Shown piece by piece: positions 46,217-56,566 of a stretch of DNA of 64,000 nucleotides. Position 1 is the first letter of the stretch; each line of letters starts with the position of its first letter. This stretch comes from Verrucomicrobia bacterium ADurb.Bin070 (GTDB lineage Bacteria; Verrucomicrobiota; Kiritimatiellia; RFP12; UBA1067): positions 2,178 through 66,177 of the forward strand of contig MWEJ01000001.1 in assembly GCA_002071025.1 (NCBI GenBank), written 5' to 3'. The notes under the pieces were generated by a model. It worked only from the letters and a program-made list of their open reading frames with translations, was not told the DNA's origin and did no database searches. The position numbers and the translations under genes are program-made.

Positions 46217-47761
46217 ATGAACGAAAGTCCTGACATGCGACGCATCTATGTGTTCGACACCACGCTGCGCGACGGTGAGCAGTCACCGGGGTGCACCATG
46301 AACCTGCGCGACAAGCTGTTGGTTGCGGAGCATCTTGAGGCTCTGCGCGTGGATATCATCGAGGCCGGTTTCGCGATCGCCTCGGCCGGCGATTTTGAAT
46401 CGGTCAAAGCGATCGCCGGCGTGGTCAAGGACGCTGCGGTCGCCAGCTTGTGTCGGGCCCTGCCCAAAGACATTGATTGCGCGTGGGAGGCGGTGCGTGG
46501 GGCGAAACATCCGCGTATCCACACCTTCATCGCGACTTCGCCGATCCATATGGCCTGCAAGCTCAAGATGGAGCCGGACGCGGTATACGAACAGGCGGTG
46601 GCGATGGTCCGACATGCGCGCAACCTGTGCGGTGACGTCGAGTTTTCGCTGGAGGATTGTTCGCGCAGCGAGCGGCCATTCATCTACCGCGTGGTGGAAG
46701 GCGTGATCGCGGCGGGTGCCGGCACGGTCAACATTCCTGATACCGTGGGATATGCCGTGCCCGAGCAGTTCGGCGAATTGATCTCAGACATTCGACGCCA
46801 CGTGCCCAATATCGCCAAGGCACGGCTGGCGGTGCATTGCCACAACGACCTCGGGCTGGCAGTCGCCAACTCGTTGGCAGCCGTGCGCGCCGGAGCCGAT
46901 CAGGTCGAATGCACGGTCAACGGGATCGGCGAACGCGCGGGCAATGCCGCGCTGGAAGAGATTGTCATGGCGCTGCACACGCGGCGCGAATTTTTTCAGG
47001 CCGAAACGAATATCGACACGTCCAAGATCTATGCGACGAGCCGCTGCGTGATCACGGTCACCGGCAGCCGCGTTCAGGCGAACAAAGCCATTGTGGGCGA
47101 GAACGCCTTTGCGCACGAAGCCGGCATCCATCAGCACGGCGTGCTCGCCAATCCGTTGACCTACGAGATCATGACGCCCGAGTCGATCGGCCTGCCGCGC
47201 AACAAGATGGTGTTGGGCAAGCACTCCGGACGCCATGCCTTCGAAAGCCGCCTGAACGAACTGGGCTTCCATCTGGAAGAGGCGCGCCTCAACGAGTTGT
47301 TTGGCAAGTTCAAAGACCTGGCCGACCGCAAGAAGACGGTGAGTGACGCCGACATCGAAGCGCTGGCGCATGACGTGCAGACCATGATCACCGAGCGCGT
47401 CAAGCTTGACCGCTACAACGTGACGGCCAGCAATGCGATCACGCCGGTCAGCACCATTCGCCTGCTGCGCGACGGCAAACTGGTGGAGCATGTCGCCGCG
47501 AGCGACGGCCCGATCAACGCTTCGTTCAAAGCCATCAACCAGTTGCTGGGACTCAAGGTCACGCTGGAGAGTTTCCAGCTCAACGCGATCACCGGCGGCA
47601 CGGACGCCCAGTGCGAGGCGACGGTGCGCGTGCGCGACGGCGAGCGCGTCTATCACGGGCGCGGCATCTCGACCGACGTGATCGAAGGCAGCATCCTGGC
47701 CTATTTGCAGGCGTTGAATGTCCTGCTCGACGAAAGCACCGGCAAGCGTGTTGGCGCGTGA
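46217..47761 (+). CDS. leuA: 2-isopropylmalate synthase
   Basis: TIM-barrel HMGL-like domain (VFDTTLRDGEQ) plus C-terminal LeuA dimerisation/regulatory domain. Confidence 0.9.
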   Translation: MNESPDMRRIYVFDTTLRDGEQSPGCTMNLRDKLLVAEHLEALRVDIIEAGFAIASAGDFESVKAIAGVVKDAAVASLCRALPKDIDCAWEAVRGAKHPRIHTFIATSPIHMACKLKMEPDAVYEQAVAMVRHARNLCGDVEFSLEDCSRSERPFIYRVVEGVIAAGAGTVNIPDTVGYAVPEQFGELISDIRRHVPNIAKARLAVHCHNDLGLAVANSLAAVRAGADQVECTVNGIGERAGNAALEEIVMALHTRREFFQAETNIDTSKIYATSRCVITVTGSRVQANKAIVGENAFAHEAGIHQHGVLANPLTYEIMTPESIGLPRNKMVLGKHSGRHAFESRLNELGFHLEEARLNELFGKFKDLADRKKTVSDADIEALAHDVQTMITERVKLDRYNVTASNAITPVSTIRLLRDGKLVEHVAASDGPINASFKAINQLLGLKVTLESFQLNAITGGTDAQCEATVRVRDGERVYHGRGISTDVIEGSILAYLQALNVLLDESTGKRVGA

Positions 47762-47777
47762 TGCGAGGAAGGTTGCG

Positions 47778-48434
47778 ATGAATCCGCCGCTCTCCAAATG
47801 TGTCATCGTTGCAAATGGCGTGTTCCCTTCGCATCCGCTGCCGTTGGCAGCGTTGCGTGGGGCGCGGCGCGTGATAGGCTGCGACGGCGCGGCGGAAAAG
47901 CTGGAGGCGGCGGGATTCGAGCCGGACTGGATCGTGGGGGATCTCGACAGCTTGTCCGACGCGAGCCGCGCGCGTTATCGTGACCGTTTGGTGGCGGTGT
48001 CCGAGCAGGCGAGCAATGATCTGGCCAAAGCCTTCCGTTTCTGTTTCGAACAGGGCTGGCATGACGTGGTGATTGTCGGTGCCACCGGTCTGCGCGAGGA
48101 CCACACGCTGGGCAATCTCGCCTGGCTGGCAGATTTCGCGCTGGCTCTGCATGCGGCTGGCACCGCACACGGCTGCGGGCGCATCGTGCTGTTGACCGAC
48201 ACCGGTATCTTTACTCCGGCGCTCGCTTCGATGGCCTTCCGGTCATACGCGGGGCAACAGGTTTCGATCTTTTCGTTCGAAGCTGGCGTCCAAATATACG
48301 CAGATGGCCTGAAGTATGCGCTCGATGGCGTGCCCTTCACCCGCTGGTGGCAGGCCGCGCTGAACGAATCACTCGGCGAGACCTTCAAGCTGGTGTTCGA
48401 GGGTGGCCCGCTGCTCGTTTTTCAAACCTACTGA
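47778..48434 (+). CDS. Thiamine pyrophosphokinase
   Basis: DWIVGDLDSL motif and a TPK C-terminal domain. Start refined to the ATG at 47778, with a GAGGAAGG ribosome-binding site. Confidence 0.75.
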   Translation: MNPPLSKCVIVANGVFPSHPLPLAALRGARRVIGCDGAAEKLEAAGFEPDWIVGDLDSLSDASRARYRDRLVAVSEQASNDLAKAFRFCFEQGWHDVVIVGATGLREDHTLGNLAWLADFALALHAAGTAHGCGRIVLLTDTGIFTPALASMAFRSYAGQQVSIFSFEAGVQIYADGLKYALDGVPFTRWWQAALNESLGETFKLVFEGGPLLVFQTY

Positions 48435-48546
48435 GTGCCGGACAGGCTGATTGCCCGGGAAATCCGCTTGTTTTTCGACGGGGTTGGGCAGTATACTTTG
48501 CGACCGTGTTTTCCATGTCTAACAACGTGTGGCGGAGGGACGCGGT

Positions 48547-50796
48547 ATGGACAGCGTTCTGAGCGTCGTTTTGGTCGGCAACCCCAATACCGGCAAAACC
48601 ACGCTCTTTAATCTGCTCACGGGGGCGCGTGAACGCACAGGCAATTGGACCGGCGTGACGGTTGAGAGCGCGCACGCCGGGTTCACGCTGGATGGACGCG
48701 TGTATCGCGTCGCCGATCTGCCGGGCATCTACTCTTTCTCGCCGGACACCGAGGATGAACGGGTCGCCCGCGATTATCTGATTCGCAACCGTCCGTCTGC
48801 GGTCATCAACATTGTCGACGCCTCGAATCTCGAGCGCAGCCTGTATCTCACCTCCCACCTGCTGGATATGCGCGTGCCATTGGTGGTGGCGCTCAACCAG
48901 GTGGACGTGGCGGAACGTCACGGGGTCAAGGTGGATGCGCAGCATTTGGCGCAGCATTTGGGCTGCCCCGTTGTGCCGATGGTCGCGTCGCGCGGCGAGG
49001 GGCTGGCCGCATTGCGCGCGGCGGTGGCGGATGTCGCGTCTGCGCACCGCCTGCCTGCCGCGCGCGTGGTGTATGGCGAGGCCGAACCCTCGGTACGGCG
49101 CCTGCAGGTTTGCCTGATCGTAGCGGCCGATGACGCGGGGGTGGATTCGCGTTGGCTGGCAATCAAACTGCTCGAAGGCGACCTGTTCGCGCGATCATTA
49201 ACGAACGGTTTGTTCGATACGATTGTGGCCGAAGAGAACGCGCGCCTGGCCCGGCACACCGGTCAGCGGCCTGAGACGGCGGTGATGGATGCGCGGCTGG
49301 GCTTTATCCGCGGGCTTGCCCGCGATGTGGTACGCCGCCGGGGCGAGATCCGTCGGCGCTTTTCTGATGTGGCTGATCGCGTTCTACTGAGCCGTCCAGT
49401 CGGCATTCCCGCCTTTTTGAGCGTGATGTTCGCCGTTTTCTGGCTCACCGTGCGCCTGACGCAGCCGCTGGTCGATTTTATTGACAATGTGTTTGGCGCG
49501 TTGCTGGTTCGCCAGACGCGGGTCTGGCTAACTGCCTTCGGCGCACCGGATCTTCTGATTGCGTTACTTTCCGATGGCGTCGGGGCCGGTTTGACGACGG
49601 TTGCGACGTTTATGCCACCTATCTGCATGATCTTTCTCTGCCTGACGTTGCTGGAAGAGTCGGGCTATATGGCGCGGGCGGCATTCATCATGGACCGTTT
49701 TCTCAATGGCATCGGCCTGCCCGGCAAAGCGTTCATCCCGCTGCTGGTCGGGTTTGGCTGCACGGTTCCGGCATTGATGGCGACGCGCACGCTGGAACAG
49801 CGTCGCGCCCGTGTGCTGACGATGCTGATCGCGCCGTTCATGTCGTGCGGTGCACGGATGCCGGTGTATGCGATTTTCGCGATGGCTTTTTTCGAGCGGT
49901 CCGGCAACTTGGTGATCTTTGCGCTCTATCTGATTGGCGGACTACTTGCGATTCTGTCGGGGGTGGTGCTGCACCGTACTTTGCTTAGGGGCGAAGCGGC
50001 AGCTTTCGTCATGGAACTGCCGCCGTATCACGTCCCTGCACTGCGAGGCTGTCTGGAGCACGTCTGGGGCAACCTCAAAAGTTTTCTTACGCGCGCCGGT
50101 CAGGTGATCATTGTGATCGCGCTGCTGCTGAGCTTGGGCCACGCGTTGCTTGACCGGGCGAGCGGCGATGCGGAACGTGCGGCCGAATGGCGTGCGTCCG
50201 CCGGGCGCGCGATGACGGTGCCGTTGCGGCCGATGGGCGTGTCGGAGCAGAATTGGCCCGCTGCCGCAGGATTGCTGACGGGACTTATGGCCAAAGAAGC
50301 GATCGTGGGGACGCTGGAGGTGCTCTATGCCCATGCGGATGAAGCGCCGGACGTAGCCCCGGTCGCTCTCGGTCAGTCGTTCGCGAACGCCGGCAGGCGA
50401 CTGGTCGCCGCCTATGGATTTGCCGCGCCGTCACCGGCAGACAGCGTGCAGGATGATGGAGACGGCGCGACGCATGGTGGCGGCGGGCTCCTCGCGGCGA
50501 TGCGCCGCCATTTTGGCAGTCGCGCGGCCGCCTTTGCCTATCTCTTGTTTGTGTTGATCTATTCGCCGTGCGTGGCAGCGTTGATCGTGCTGGCGCGTGA
50601 GGCCGGATGGCGCTGGATGCTTTTCGCGGTAGTCTACCAGACGCTGCTGGCCTGGATGGTGGCAACGGTGTTTTATCAGCTTGCCACCTGTGCGGAGGCA
50701 CCGTTGCGCGCGGCGCTCTGGATGGGCAGCGTGGCGGCCGTGGCGACAGGCGGGTATGGTTTGTTGCGAGTCGTTGGAAAGCGAGTGGCCGTATGA
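48547..50796 (+). CDS. feoB: Ferrous iron transporter FeoB
   Basis: G domain VVLVGNPNTGKTTLFN and the polytopic gate/permease region. Confidence 0.9.
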   Translation: MDSVLSVVLVGNPNTGKTTLFNLLTGARERTGNWTGVTVESAHAGFTLDGRVYRVADLPGIYSFSPDTEDERVARDYLIRNRPSAVINIVDASNLERSLYLTSHLLDMRVPLVVALNQVDVAERHGVKVDAQHLAQHLGCPVVPMVASRGEGLAALRAAVADVASAHRLPAARVVYGEAEPSVRRLQVCLIVAADDAGVDSRWLAIKLLEGDLFARSLTNGLFDTIVAEENARLARHTGQRPETAVMDARLGFIRGLARDVVRRRGEIRRRFSDVADRVLLSRPVGIPAFLSVMFAVFWLTVRLTQPLVDFIDNVFGALLVRQTRVWLTAFGAPDLLIALLSDGVGAGLTTVATFMPPICMIFLCLTLLEESGYMARAAFIMDRFLNGIGLPGKAFIPLLVGFGCTVPALMATRTLEQRRARVLTMLIAPFMSCGARMPVYAIFAMAFFERSGNLVIFALYLIGGLLAILSGVVLHRTLLRGEAAAFVMELPPYHVPALRGCLEHVWGNLKSFLTRAGQVIIVIALLLSLGHALLDRASGDAERAAEWRASAGRAMTVPLRPMGVSEQNWPAAAGLLTGLMAKEAIVGTLEVLYAHADEAPDVAPVALGQSFANAGRRLVAAYGFAAPSPADSVQDDGDGATHGGGGLLAAMRRHFGSRAAAFAYLLFVLIYSPCVAALIVLAREAGWRWMLFAVVYQTLLAWMVATVFYQLATCAEAPLRAALWMGSVAAVATGGYGLLRVVGKRVAV

Positions 50797-51041
50797 GTCA
50801 TCCAGACGATCTTCATCCGGCCCTCTCAACCGGGCGCAGCCTTATGGATCTCAAGGATGGTGAAGGCGGGATCATCCGTGCCAACCACGACCGCAAATCT
50901 GCGGAGATGGGGCTCTTCCCCGGCGTTCGCGTGCAGATGTTCCGCAACCGCAAGCATGAACGGTCATTGGTGATCGGCGCCGGCGAGGCCCGTTTCCTCG
51001 TATCGCGGGCGATTGCCAAAAAAGTTGAGATGGAGGGTTAG
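50793..51041 (+). CDS. feoA: FeoA-domain protein, encoded downstream of feoB with an ATGA overlap
   Basis: SH3-like FeoA core (LKDGEGGIIRANHDRKSAEMGLFPGVRVQMF), ~82 aa. Lies inside track ORF 50607..51041. Confidence 0.75.
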   Translation: MSHPDDLHPALSTGRSLMDLKDGEGGIIRANHDRKSAEMGLFPGVRVQMFRNRKHERSLVIGAGEARFLVSRAIAKKVEMEG

Positions 51042-51098
51042 GGGTTTTCATTCGCTCTCGCTCGTCGTATACTGTTCGTAATCAGAAGGAGGTCATAG

Positions 51099-51620
51099 AT
51101 GAAAAAAGCATGGATGGCGATGGCGGTGGCGTGCGTGGCATGGGCTGGCATGAGCGAAGAGATGACGAGTTATGTGTTGGTGAAAGAGAGCGCGGACAAG
51201 CAGGACGCATTTCTGCAGGAAGTGGCGGGTTTTCTGGAGAAGGCCGGGCACTTTTATCTCGCGACCTGCGAGCAGGGCGGCGCGCGTGTCCGCCCGATCA
51301 AGTACACCTTTGTGATGGATAACAAGCTGGTGTTTGTCACCTCATCCCAAAAGGGAATGTACGCGCAACTTCTGAAGAATCCCCAAGTCGAGATTTCTCG
51401 CACGGCGGTGGACGGCAGCGCGTATTTGCGCTACAAGGGGACCGCCGAACTGTGCAAGGATGAGGCGGTCAAGGCGAAGATCGTCGAGGCCTATCCTTTT
51501 TTCGAGAAAAACTTCAAGGAGAACCTCGTGGTGTTCGCGATCGCACCGGAAATGGCGGGCATCTTTCCGATGAAGGGCGGCCAGGCCAAAACGAAGGTGT
51601 TCAGCGCGGAAGCGCGTTAA
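51099..51620 (+). CDS. Pyridoxamine-5'-phosphate-oxidase-like (FMN-binding split barrel) family protein
   Basis: General-stress-protein-26 / PNPOx-like composition. Hydrophobic N-terminus. Its stop overlaps the zwf stop on the opposite strand (TTAA). Confidence 0.55.
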   Translation: MKKAWMAMAVACVAWAGMSEEMTSYVLVKESADKQDAFLQEVAGFLEKAGHFYLATCEQGGARVRPIKYTFVMDNKLVFVTSSQKGMYAQLLKNPQVEISRTAVDGSAYLRYKGTAELCKDEAVKAKIVEAYPFFEKNFKENLVVFAIAPEMAGIFPMKGGQAKTKVFSAEAR

Positions 51621-53116
51621 AGCGGACGCCACGTCCGTCCGTCACGGGCTAGCAGCTCGGCTGCGGCCAATGGGCCGTCCGAGCCTGCTGCATAGGGGTG
51701 GAGCGGACACCGGTCCGCATGGTCGCGCCAGGTGTCAAGGACTGGCGTGAAGAGTCGCCAGGCCGCCTTGATCGTCTCGTTGCGCACAAAGAGCGTGTGG
51801 TCGTGCAGCATGGCGTCCAAGAGCAGCCGCGCATAGGCGTCGGGGGCGTCCAGTTCGTCGCCCAGATCCGCGTAGTTGAACGCAAGCGGCAGTTCGCCCA
51901 TGCAAAGTTTGGGCCCTGGACGCTTCGCCTGCAAGTGGAGGCTCATGCCTTCATCCGGCTGCACTTTGAGGACCAGCGAGTCAGGGTCGCAGGCGCCGAA
52001 CAGGGGGTGCGGCGAAGGTTTGAACACCAGGGTGATGGTGCTGGTCTTTTCAGACAATCGCTTGCCCGACCGCAGATAAAAGGGCACGCCTTGCCAGCGC
52101 GGCGTGTCGATCCAAATCTTGGCGGCCGCAAAGGTTTCGGTTGTGGAGTTCGGGGCGACCCCTGGTTCATCGCGATATCCGGCCATGCCGCCGCCCGCCG
52201 TATACTGCCCGCGCACAACGCAGGATTCAAGGTCACTGCACGGGAAGGCGCGGATGGCGCTGATCAGCGCCAGTTTCTCACGGTGAATCGCGTCAGCCGA
52301 AAATTCGGCAGGCGGCTCCATCGCCACCAGGGCAAGCATCTCCAGCAGGTGGTTCTGGAACATGTCGCGCAGCAGGCCGGACTGCTCGTAATAGCCGGCG
52401 CGATGTTCGACGCCCAGCGTCTCCGCAACCGAGATCTGCACATGGTCGATCGAGGCGGCCCGCCAAACCGGTTCGAAAAGGATGTTTGCAAAACGCAGGA
52501 TCAGGATGTTCTGAACCGTGTCTTTGCCCAGGTAGTGGTCGATCCGGAAAATCTGCTCCTCGTGCACATGCCGCTGCAAAAAGGCATCCAGCGCCGCTGC
52601 AGAGTCAGAGTCTGATCCGAACGGTTTCTCCAGCAAAAGGTGCCGCCATGCCAACTCGTGGTCCGGCTCTTCGAGCAGCCCCGCCTCCGCGAGACGCGCG
52701 ATGATTGGTTGATAGGAAGCGGGCGGGATGGCTAGGTAAAAGAGGCGGTTGAACGGGGCCGGCGTTTCGAGCCGGTCCAGATCGACAAGATGCCGGCCGA
52801 GATGTGAAAACGAGGCGGGGACGGATTCATCGGCCTGAACATAGGAGACGCGCTCCAGGAACGCCTCGCGCGCGGCAGCGGACGACGACGGCAGGGCTTG
52901 CGCGACCAAGGCGCGGAACGACGCATGATCGTGGCGTGAACGGCCGCAGCCGACAATGCGCGACGTCGCGTGCAACAGGTCACGCGTGTGAAGCTGGAAC
53001 AGGGAAGGAATGAGTTTGCGCCGGGCAAGATCGCCGGTGCCGCCGAAAAGGATCAACACGCAGGGAGCCGGCGAAACCTCCAGGCAGAAACGGGCAGGCG
53101 GATGTTTTTTAGCCAT
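51617..53116 (-). CDS. zwf: Glucose-6-phosphate 1-dehydrogenase
   Basis: EKPFG and RIDHYLGK signature motifs; N-terminal NADP-binding GGTGDLARRKL. Confidence 0.9.
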   Translation of the reverse strand: MAKKHPPARFCLEVSPAPCVLILFGGTGDLARRKLIPSLFQLHTRDLLHATSRIVGCGRSRHDHASFRALVAQALPSSSAAAREAFLERVSYVQADESVPASFSHLGRHLVDLDRLETPAPFNRLFYLAIPPASYQPIIARLAEAGLLEEPDHELAWRHLLLEKPFGSDSDSAAALDAFLQRHVHEEQIFRIDHYLGKDTVQNILILRFANILFEPVWRAASIDHVQISVAETLGVEHRAGYYEQSGLLRDMFQNHLLEMLALVAMEPPAEFSADAIHREKLALISAIRAFPCSDLESCVVRGQYTAGGGMAGYRDEPGVAPNSTTETFAAAKIWIDTPRWQGVPFYLRSGKRLSEKTSTITLVFKPSPHPLFGACDPDSLVLKVQPDEGMSLHLQAKRPGPKLCMGELPLAFNYADLGDELDAPDAYARLLLDAMLHDHTLFVRNETIKAAWRLFTPVLDTWRDHADRCPLHPYAAGSDGPLAAAELLARDGRTWRPL

Positions 53117-53193
53117 GCGCGGAGCTTACCATATCGCGCAAATGAGGGGCAAATGATATTGAACCCTGTGCCCGTTCTGCGGCGAGATGGCAT

Positions 53194-53223
53194 TTGACAG
53201 TCAGGTTGCGGGACACGCATAAT
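53194..53223 (+). promoter_or_regulatory. Sigma70-like promoter TTGACA-N18-CATAAT for the 53271 gene
   Basis: Perfect -35 and a 5/6 -10 hexamer, about 50 bp upstream of the start codon. Confidence 0.4.
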
Positions 53224-53270
53224 ATCGACAGCGATAGTGGCTGGAAGGCGTCTTTCGATAAGGAAAAGTC

Positions 53271-56200
53271 ATGAAACGAATTGTTGGAATCGCATCGATG
53301 CTGGTTGCCGTCGTGGGCACCGTGGCAGCGGAACCGGTTTGTGAAGCGTGGCACGTTCCGTATACGGGTGAGGATGCGACAGGCCCGAAGGTGATCGGCT
53401 TCTGGACGTTCGCGAATGTGAAGGATGCGTCGGGTAAGGGTCGCGATGCGGTGTTGCACGGTGCAACGCTGGCCTCAGATACGCGTGTGGGGACCTGCCT
53501 AGAGTCGTTCTGCGGCTGGCCGGTTCAGGACAAACGCCATGCCGCCGTGGTCGCCAACCACCCCTCGCTTTCGCCCAAAGGTGCGTTTACACTGGAGATG
53601 TGGATCAGACCGAAACCCGAATTCGCCGATTACCCCGAAGCGTTTCTTGCCGACAAAAAGTATGTGGCGCACACGGATTATCAATGGACACTGGGTGCTG
53701 CTGACGCTGGCGGTCAGCGGCGTCTACATTTACGGCTCGGGTTCGGCGATGATTCTGAAAACTATGGGTCGGAGCCCTCTCTGTTCGTAACGAATCAATG
53801 GACGCATCTTGCGGTCACCTATGACGGTTCTGGCACCGTGCGGTTTTTCAGGGACGGGGCTTCGTTGGGCAGTGCCACACGGACAGGACGTTCACGCATC
53901 GCGCCGGGCAGCCACCCGCTGTCCATCGGTGATCGTATCGGCAGCCTTTATCATGGGTTCCCTGGATACCTGACGCAGGTTCGGTTGTGCCAAGGTGCGC
54001 TGGAGTTTCGTCCGATCACGCTGGCAGCGGCATCGGACAGGAGCGTGTTTATTCGCATGGAAAAGACACCGTCACTGCGCTTCATGTTAACGAATGCCCA
54101 ACGTCAGACTGCACGTGACGTGTCCGTGTCCTGTTCGATCGAGGGACGCGAAACCTCGCGTACCCTGATACCGGAACTCGCGCCGGGCGCAAGTCGGACG
54201 CTGGAAGTTCCGGTCGACACGGCCTTGCGCCCCGGCGTCTACGCGCTGCGGGTTCGCGTCGTGCTGCCGGGCAAGGAGGGGCATGAGCACTATGTGAGCG
54301 ACGAGAGCGCGACGTTTACTTTGGTGCCGCGCCGTCCGCCACGCATGCCGGTGGTGATGTGGGGCCTTTACGGTGCGGCCAATGTGCTGCGCGAGCTGCC
54401 GCGCCTGACTGAAATCGGTTTTACGCACTGCCTGGGGTTCGGCGCGGATTACGGGCGCGTCTTTGAGGCGGGCTGCCCGGTGGCGCCCGACACGCCCGAA
54501 CGCGTTGCAGAGGTCAAGCGCATGCTTGACACGGCGCTGGCGCATCATGTCGGCATCATCGCGACGCTCTCGCCCGGCCACTGGGCGGCCGGCGCGAAAG
54601 CGGAATTCCGGCGTGTCGACCGGAGTGGCGCGCGCAACGACAAAAAACCTGCTCTTTGCGCGGCGTTCCCGGAGATGCAGACCTTAGCCTTTCATGTGGG
54701 TGCCTCGGTCGCGCAAGCCTACAGCGCCTTCCCGGCTTGGCAGGCCGCCCTGCTGCACACCGAGGTCCGCGACGGGGCGAATGTGTGCTGGCATGCGCAT
54801 GACCGCGAGGCGTACCGGCGAGCGACCGGCGCGGAGTATCCGCAGGATGCTCCGGGCAAGGGCGGCGTGGACTATATGAAACTTGCGGATTTTCCGCATA
54901 ACCGGGTGATCCCAGACGACCATCCGCTGTTGCGTTTCCTGTCGTGGTATTGGAAAGAGGGAGACGGGTGGAACCGCATGAACGCAGAGCTGCACCGGGG
55001 GCTCAAATCCGTCGGACGCGACGGGATCTGGACGTTTCATGATCCGGCTGTGCGCGTGGCGAGCGTTTACGGAAGCGGCGGCAGTGCGGATGTGCTTTCG
55101 CAGTGGACTTATTCTTATCCGGATCCGATCCGCATCGGCGTGGCGACCGACGAGCTGTTTGCCATGGTGCGAGGCGCCGCCCAGCCGCAGCAGGTTATGA
55201 AGATGACCCAGATCATCTGGTACCGCTCGCAAACCGCGCCGGCTGCCAAAGGAGACGAGGTCAAAAAGGCTCCTGCCTCGCCGTGGGAAGACACGGATCC
55301 CGATGCTGCGTTTCCGACCATTTCGCCCATGCATCTGCGCGAGGCGTTTTGGACCAAGCTGGCCCGCCCGGTCAGGGGCATCATGTATCACGGCTGGGGA
55401 TCTCTGGTGCCGCAGAGCGGTGAAAGTGCCTACCGGTACACCCATCCGCAGACACAACATGAACTGCGTCGCCTGATCAAAGAGGTTGTGGAACCGCTGG
55501 GCCCTGCCTTGCTACAGATCCCCGACCGGCCCAGCGATGTCGCGTTTCTGGAGAGTTTTGCGTCTCAAATGTTTGCGCATCGCGGGACCTACGGCTGGGG
55601 CAATGGTTGGTCCGGCGATGCATATCAGATGCTGCTGTGGGCGCATCTCCAGCCCGAGATCATCTACGATGAAACGGTGAGAGCGCGTGGTCTGGATGGC
55701 TTCCGCGTCTTGGTCATGATGGACTGTGATGTGTTGACAGCCGGCGTGGTGTCTGCGGTCAAAGCGTTCCAGGCGCGCGGCGGGCAGGTCGTAGGGGATG
55801 AACGTCTCTGCCCGGCCATCCAAGCTGATATGACGGTTGCGAGTTACACGCGGACGCGCAAGGCGGATGAAGACCGTGCTGCCCTAATCGCCAAGGCTAC
55901 CGAATTGCGTGCGGCGCTCGACGTGCGCTATCGACGTTATTGCGATGCGTCAACGCCTGATGTCGTTCCGCGATGCCGTTCCTACGGCTCTACCGATTAC
56001 CTGTTTGCCGTCAATGATCGGCGCGAATTCGGGGATTATGTCGGTCAGCATGGTTTGGTGATGGAGAACGGCCTGCCGGCAGAGGCGATGCTCTCGCTGG
56101 CGCGTTCCTCGGGTCATGTGTATGACCTGACGGAAGGGCGCACCCTGCACGCGCGTGTGCAGGAGGGGAGGCTGACGATCGCGCGCACCTTCGGCCCCTG

Positions 56201-56537
56201 CGACGGCTGCGTGTTGATGGTCACGGAGCGTGCCATCGAGGCGGTGCGCATTGACGTCGCGCAGGAGACGCGTCTCGGCTGCCGTCTGCCCTGTACGGTA
56301 TCCGTGGTGGATGTGAACGGGAAACCGCTCGATGCCGTGGTGCCGCTGCATGTCGAGATCCTCGATCCGGCGGGATCTCCGGCGGAATGGAGCGGTTACT
56401 ACGGCGCCGAACAGGGATGCCTGACGCTTACGCTCGATCTTGCGCCCAACGACCGTCGCGGCTTGTGGCAGATCCGCGCCCGGGAATTGGCCTCACGCCG
56501 CTGTGGCACGGCGTATTTCAGGGTAACACACCCGTAA
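53271..56537 (+). CDS. Large exported protein: N-terminal LamG/concanavalin-like domain followed by a GH42-like (TIM barrel plus glutamine-amidotransferase-like trimerisation fold) region; putative glycoside hydrolase
   Basis: Signal peptide; LamG-like block (WTHLAVTYDGSGTVRFFRDG); later GFRVLVMMDCDVLTAGVVSAVKAFQARGGQVVGD resembles the GH42 domain-B fold. Family assignment is tentative. Confidence 0.45.
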   Translation: MKRIVGIASMLVAVVGTVAAEPVCEAWHVPYTGEDATGPKVIGFWTFANVKDASGKGRDAVLHGATLASDTRVGTCLESFCGWPVQDKRHAAVVANHPSLSPKGAFTLEMWIRPKPEFADYPEAFLADKKYVAHTDYQWTLGAADAGGQRRLHLRLGFGDDSENYGSEPSLFVTNQWTHLAVTYDGSGTVRFFRDGASLGSATRTGRSRIAPGSHPLSIGDRIGSLYHGFPGYLTQVRLCQGALEFRPITLAAASDRSVFIRMEKTPSLRFMLTNAQRQTARDVSVSCSIEGRETSRTLIPELAPGASRTLEVPVDTALRPGVYALRVRVVLPGKEGHEHYVSDESATFTLVPRRPPRMPVVMWGLYGAANVLRELPRLTEIGFTHCLGFGADYGRVFEAGCPVAPDTPERVAEVKRMLDTALAHHVGIIATLSPGHWAAGAKAEFRRVDRSGARNDKKPALCAAFPEMQTLAFHVGASVAQAYSAFPAWQAALLHTEVRDGANVCWHAHDREAYRRATGAEYPQDAPGKGGVDYMKLADFPHNRVIPDDHPLLRFLSWYWKEGDGWNRMNAELHRGLKSVGRDGIWTFHDPAVRVASVYGSGGSADVLSQWTYSYPDPIRIGVATDELFAMVRGAAQPQQVMKMTQIIWYRSQTAPAAKGDEVKKAPASPWEDTDPDAAFPTISPMHLREAFWTKLARPVRGIMYHGWGSLVPQSGESAYRYTHPQTQHELRRLIKEVVEPLGPALLQIPDRPSDVAFLESFASQMFAHRGTYGWGNGWSGDAYQMLLWAHLQPEIIYDETVRARGLDGFRVLVMMDCDVLTAGVVSAVKAFQARGGQVVGDERLCPAIQADMTVASYTRTRKADEDRAALIAKATELRAALDVRYRRYCDASTPDVVPRCRSYGSTDYLFAVNDRREFGDYVGQHGLVMENGLPAEAMLSLARSSGHVYDLTEGRTLHARVQEGRLTIARTFGPCDGCVLMVTERAIEAVRIDVAQETRLGCRLPCTVSVVDVNGKPLDAVVPLHVEILDPAGSPAEWSGYYGAEQGCLTLTLDLAPNDRRGLWQIRARELASRRCGTAYFRVTHP

Positions 56538-56566
56538 AAAGTGACGGAAAAAAGAGGCCGCAAGGC

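Noticed and set aside
48434-48547. Fur box upstream of feoB, and a tmRNA-like TTCGACGGGG string at ~48462
   Set aside because: No GATAATGATAATCATTATC-like 19-mer. The tmRNA resemblance is limited to ~10 nt inside a 113-bp intergenic spacer with no acceptor-stem/CCA structure.
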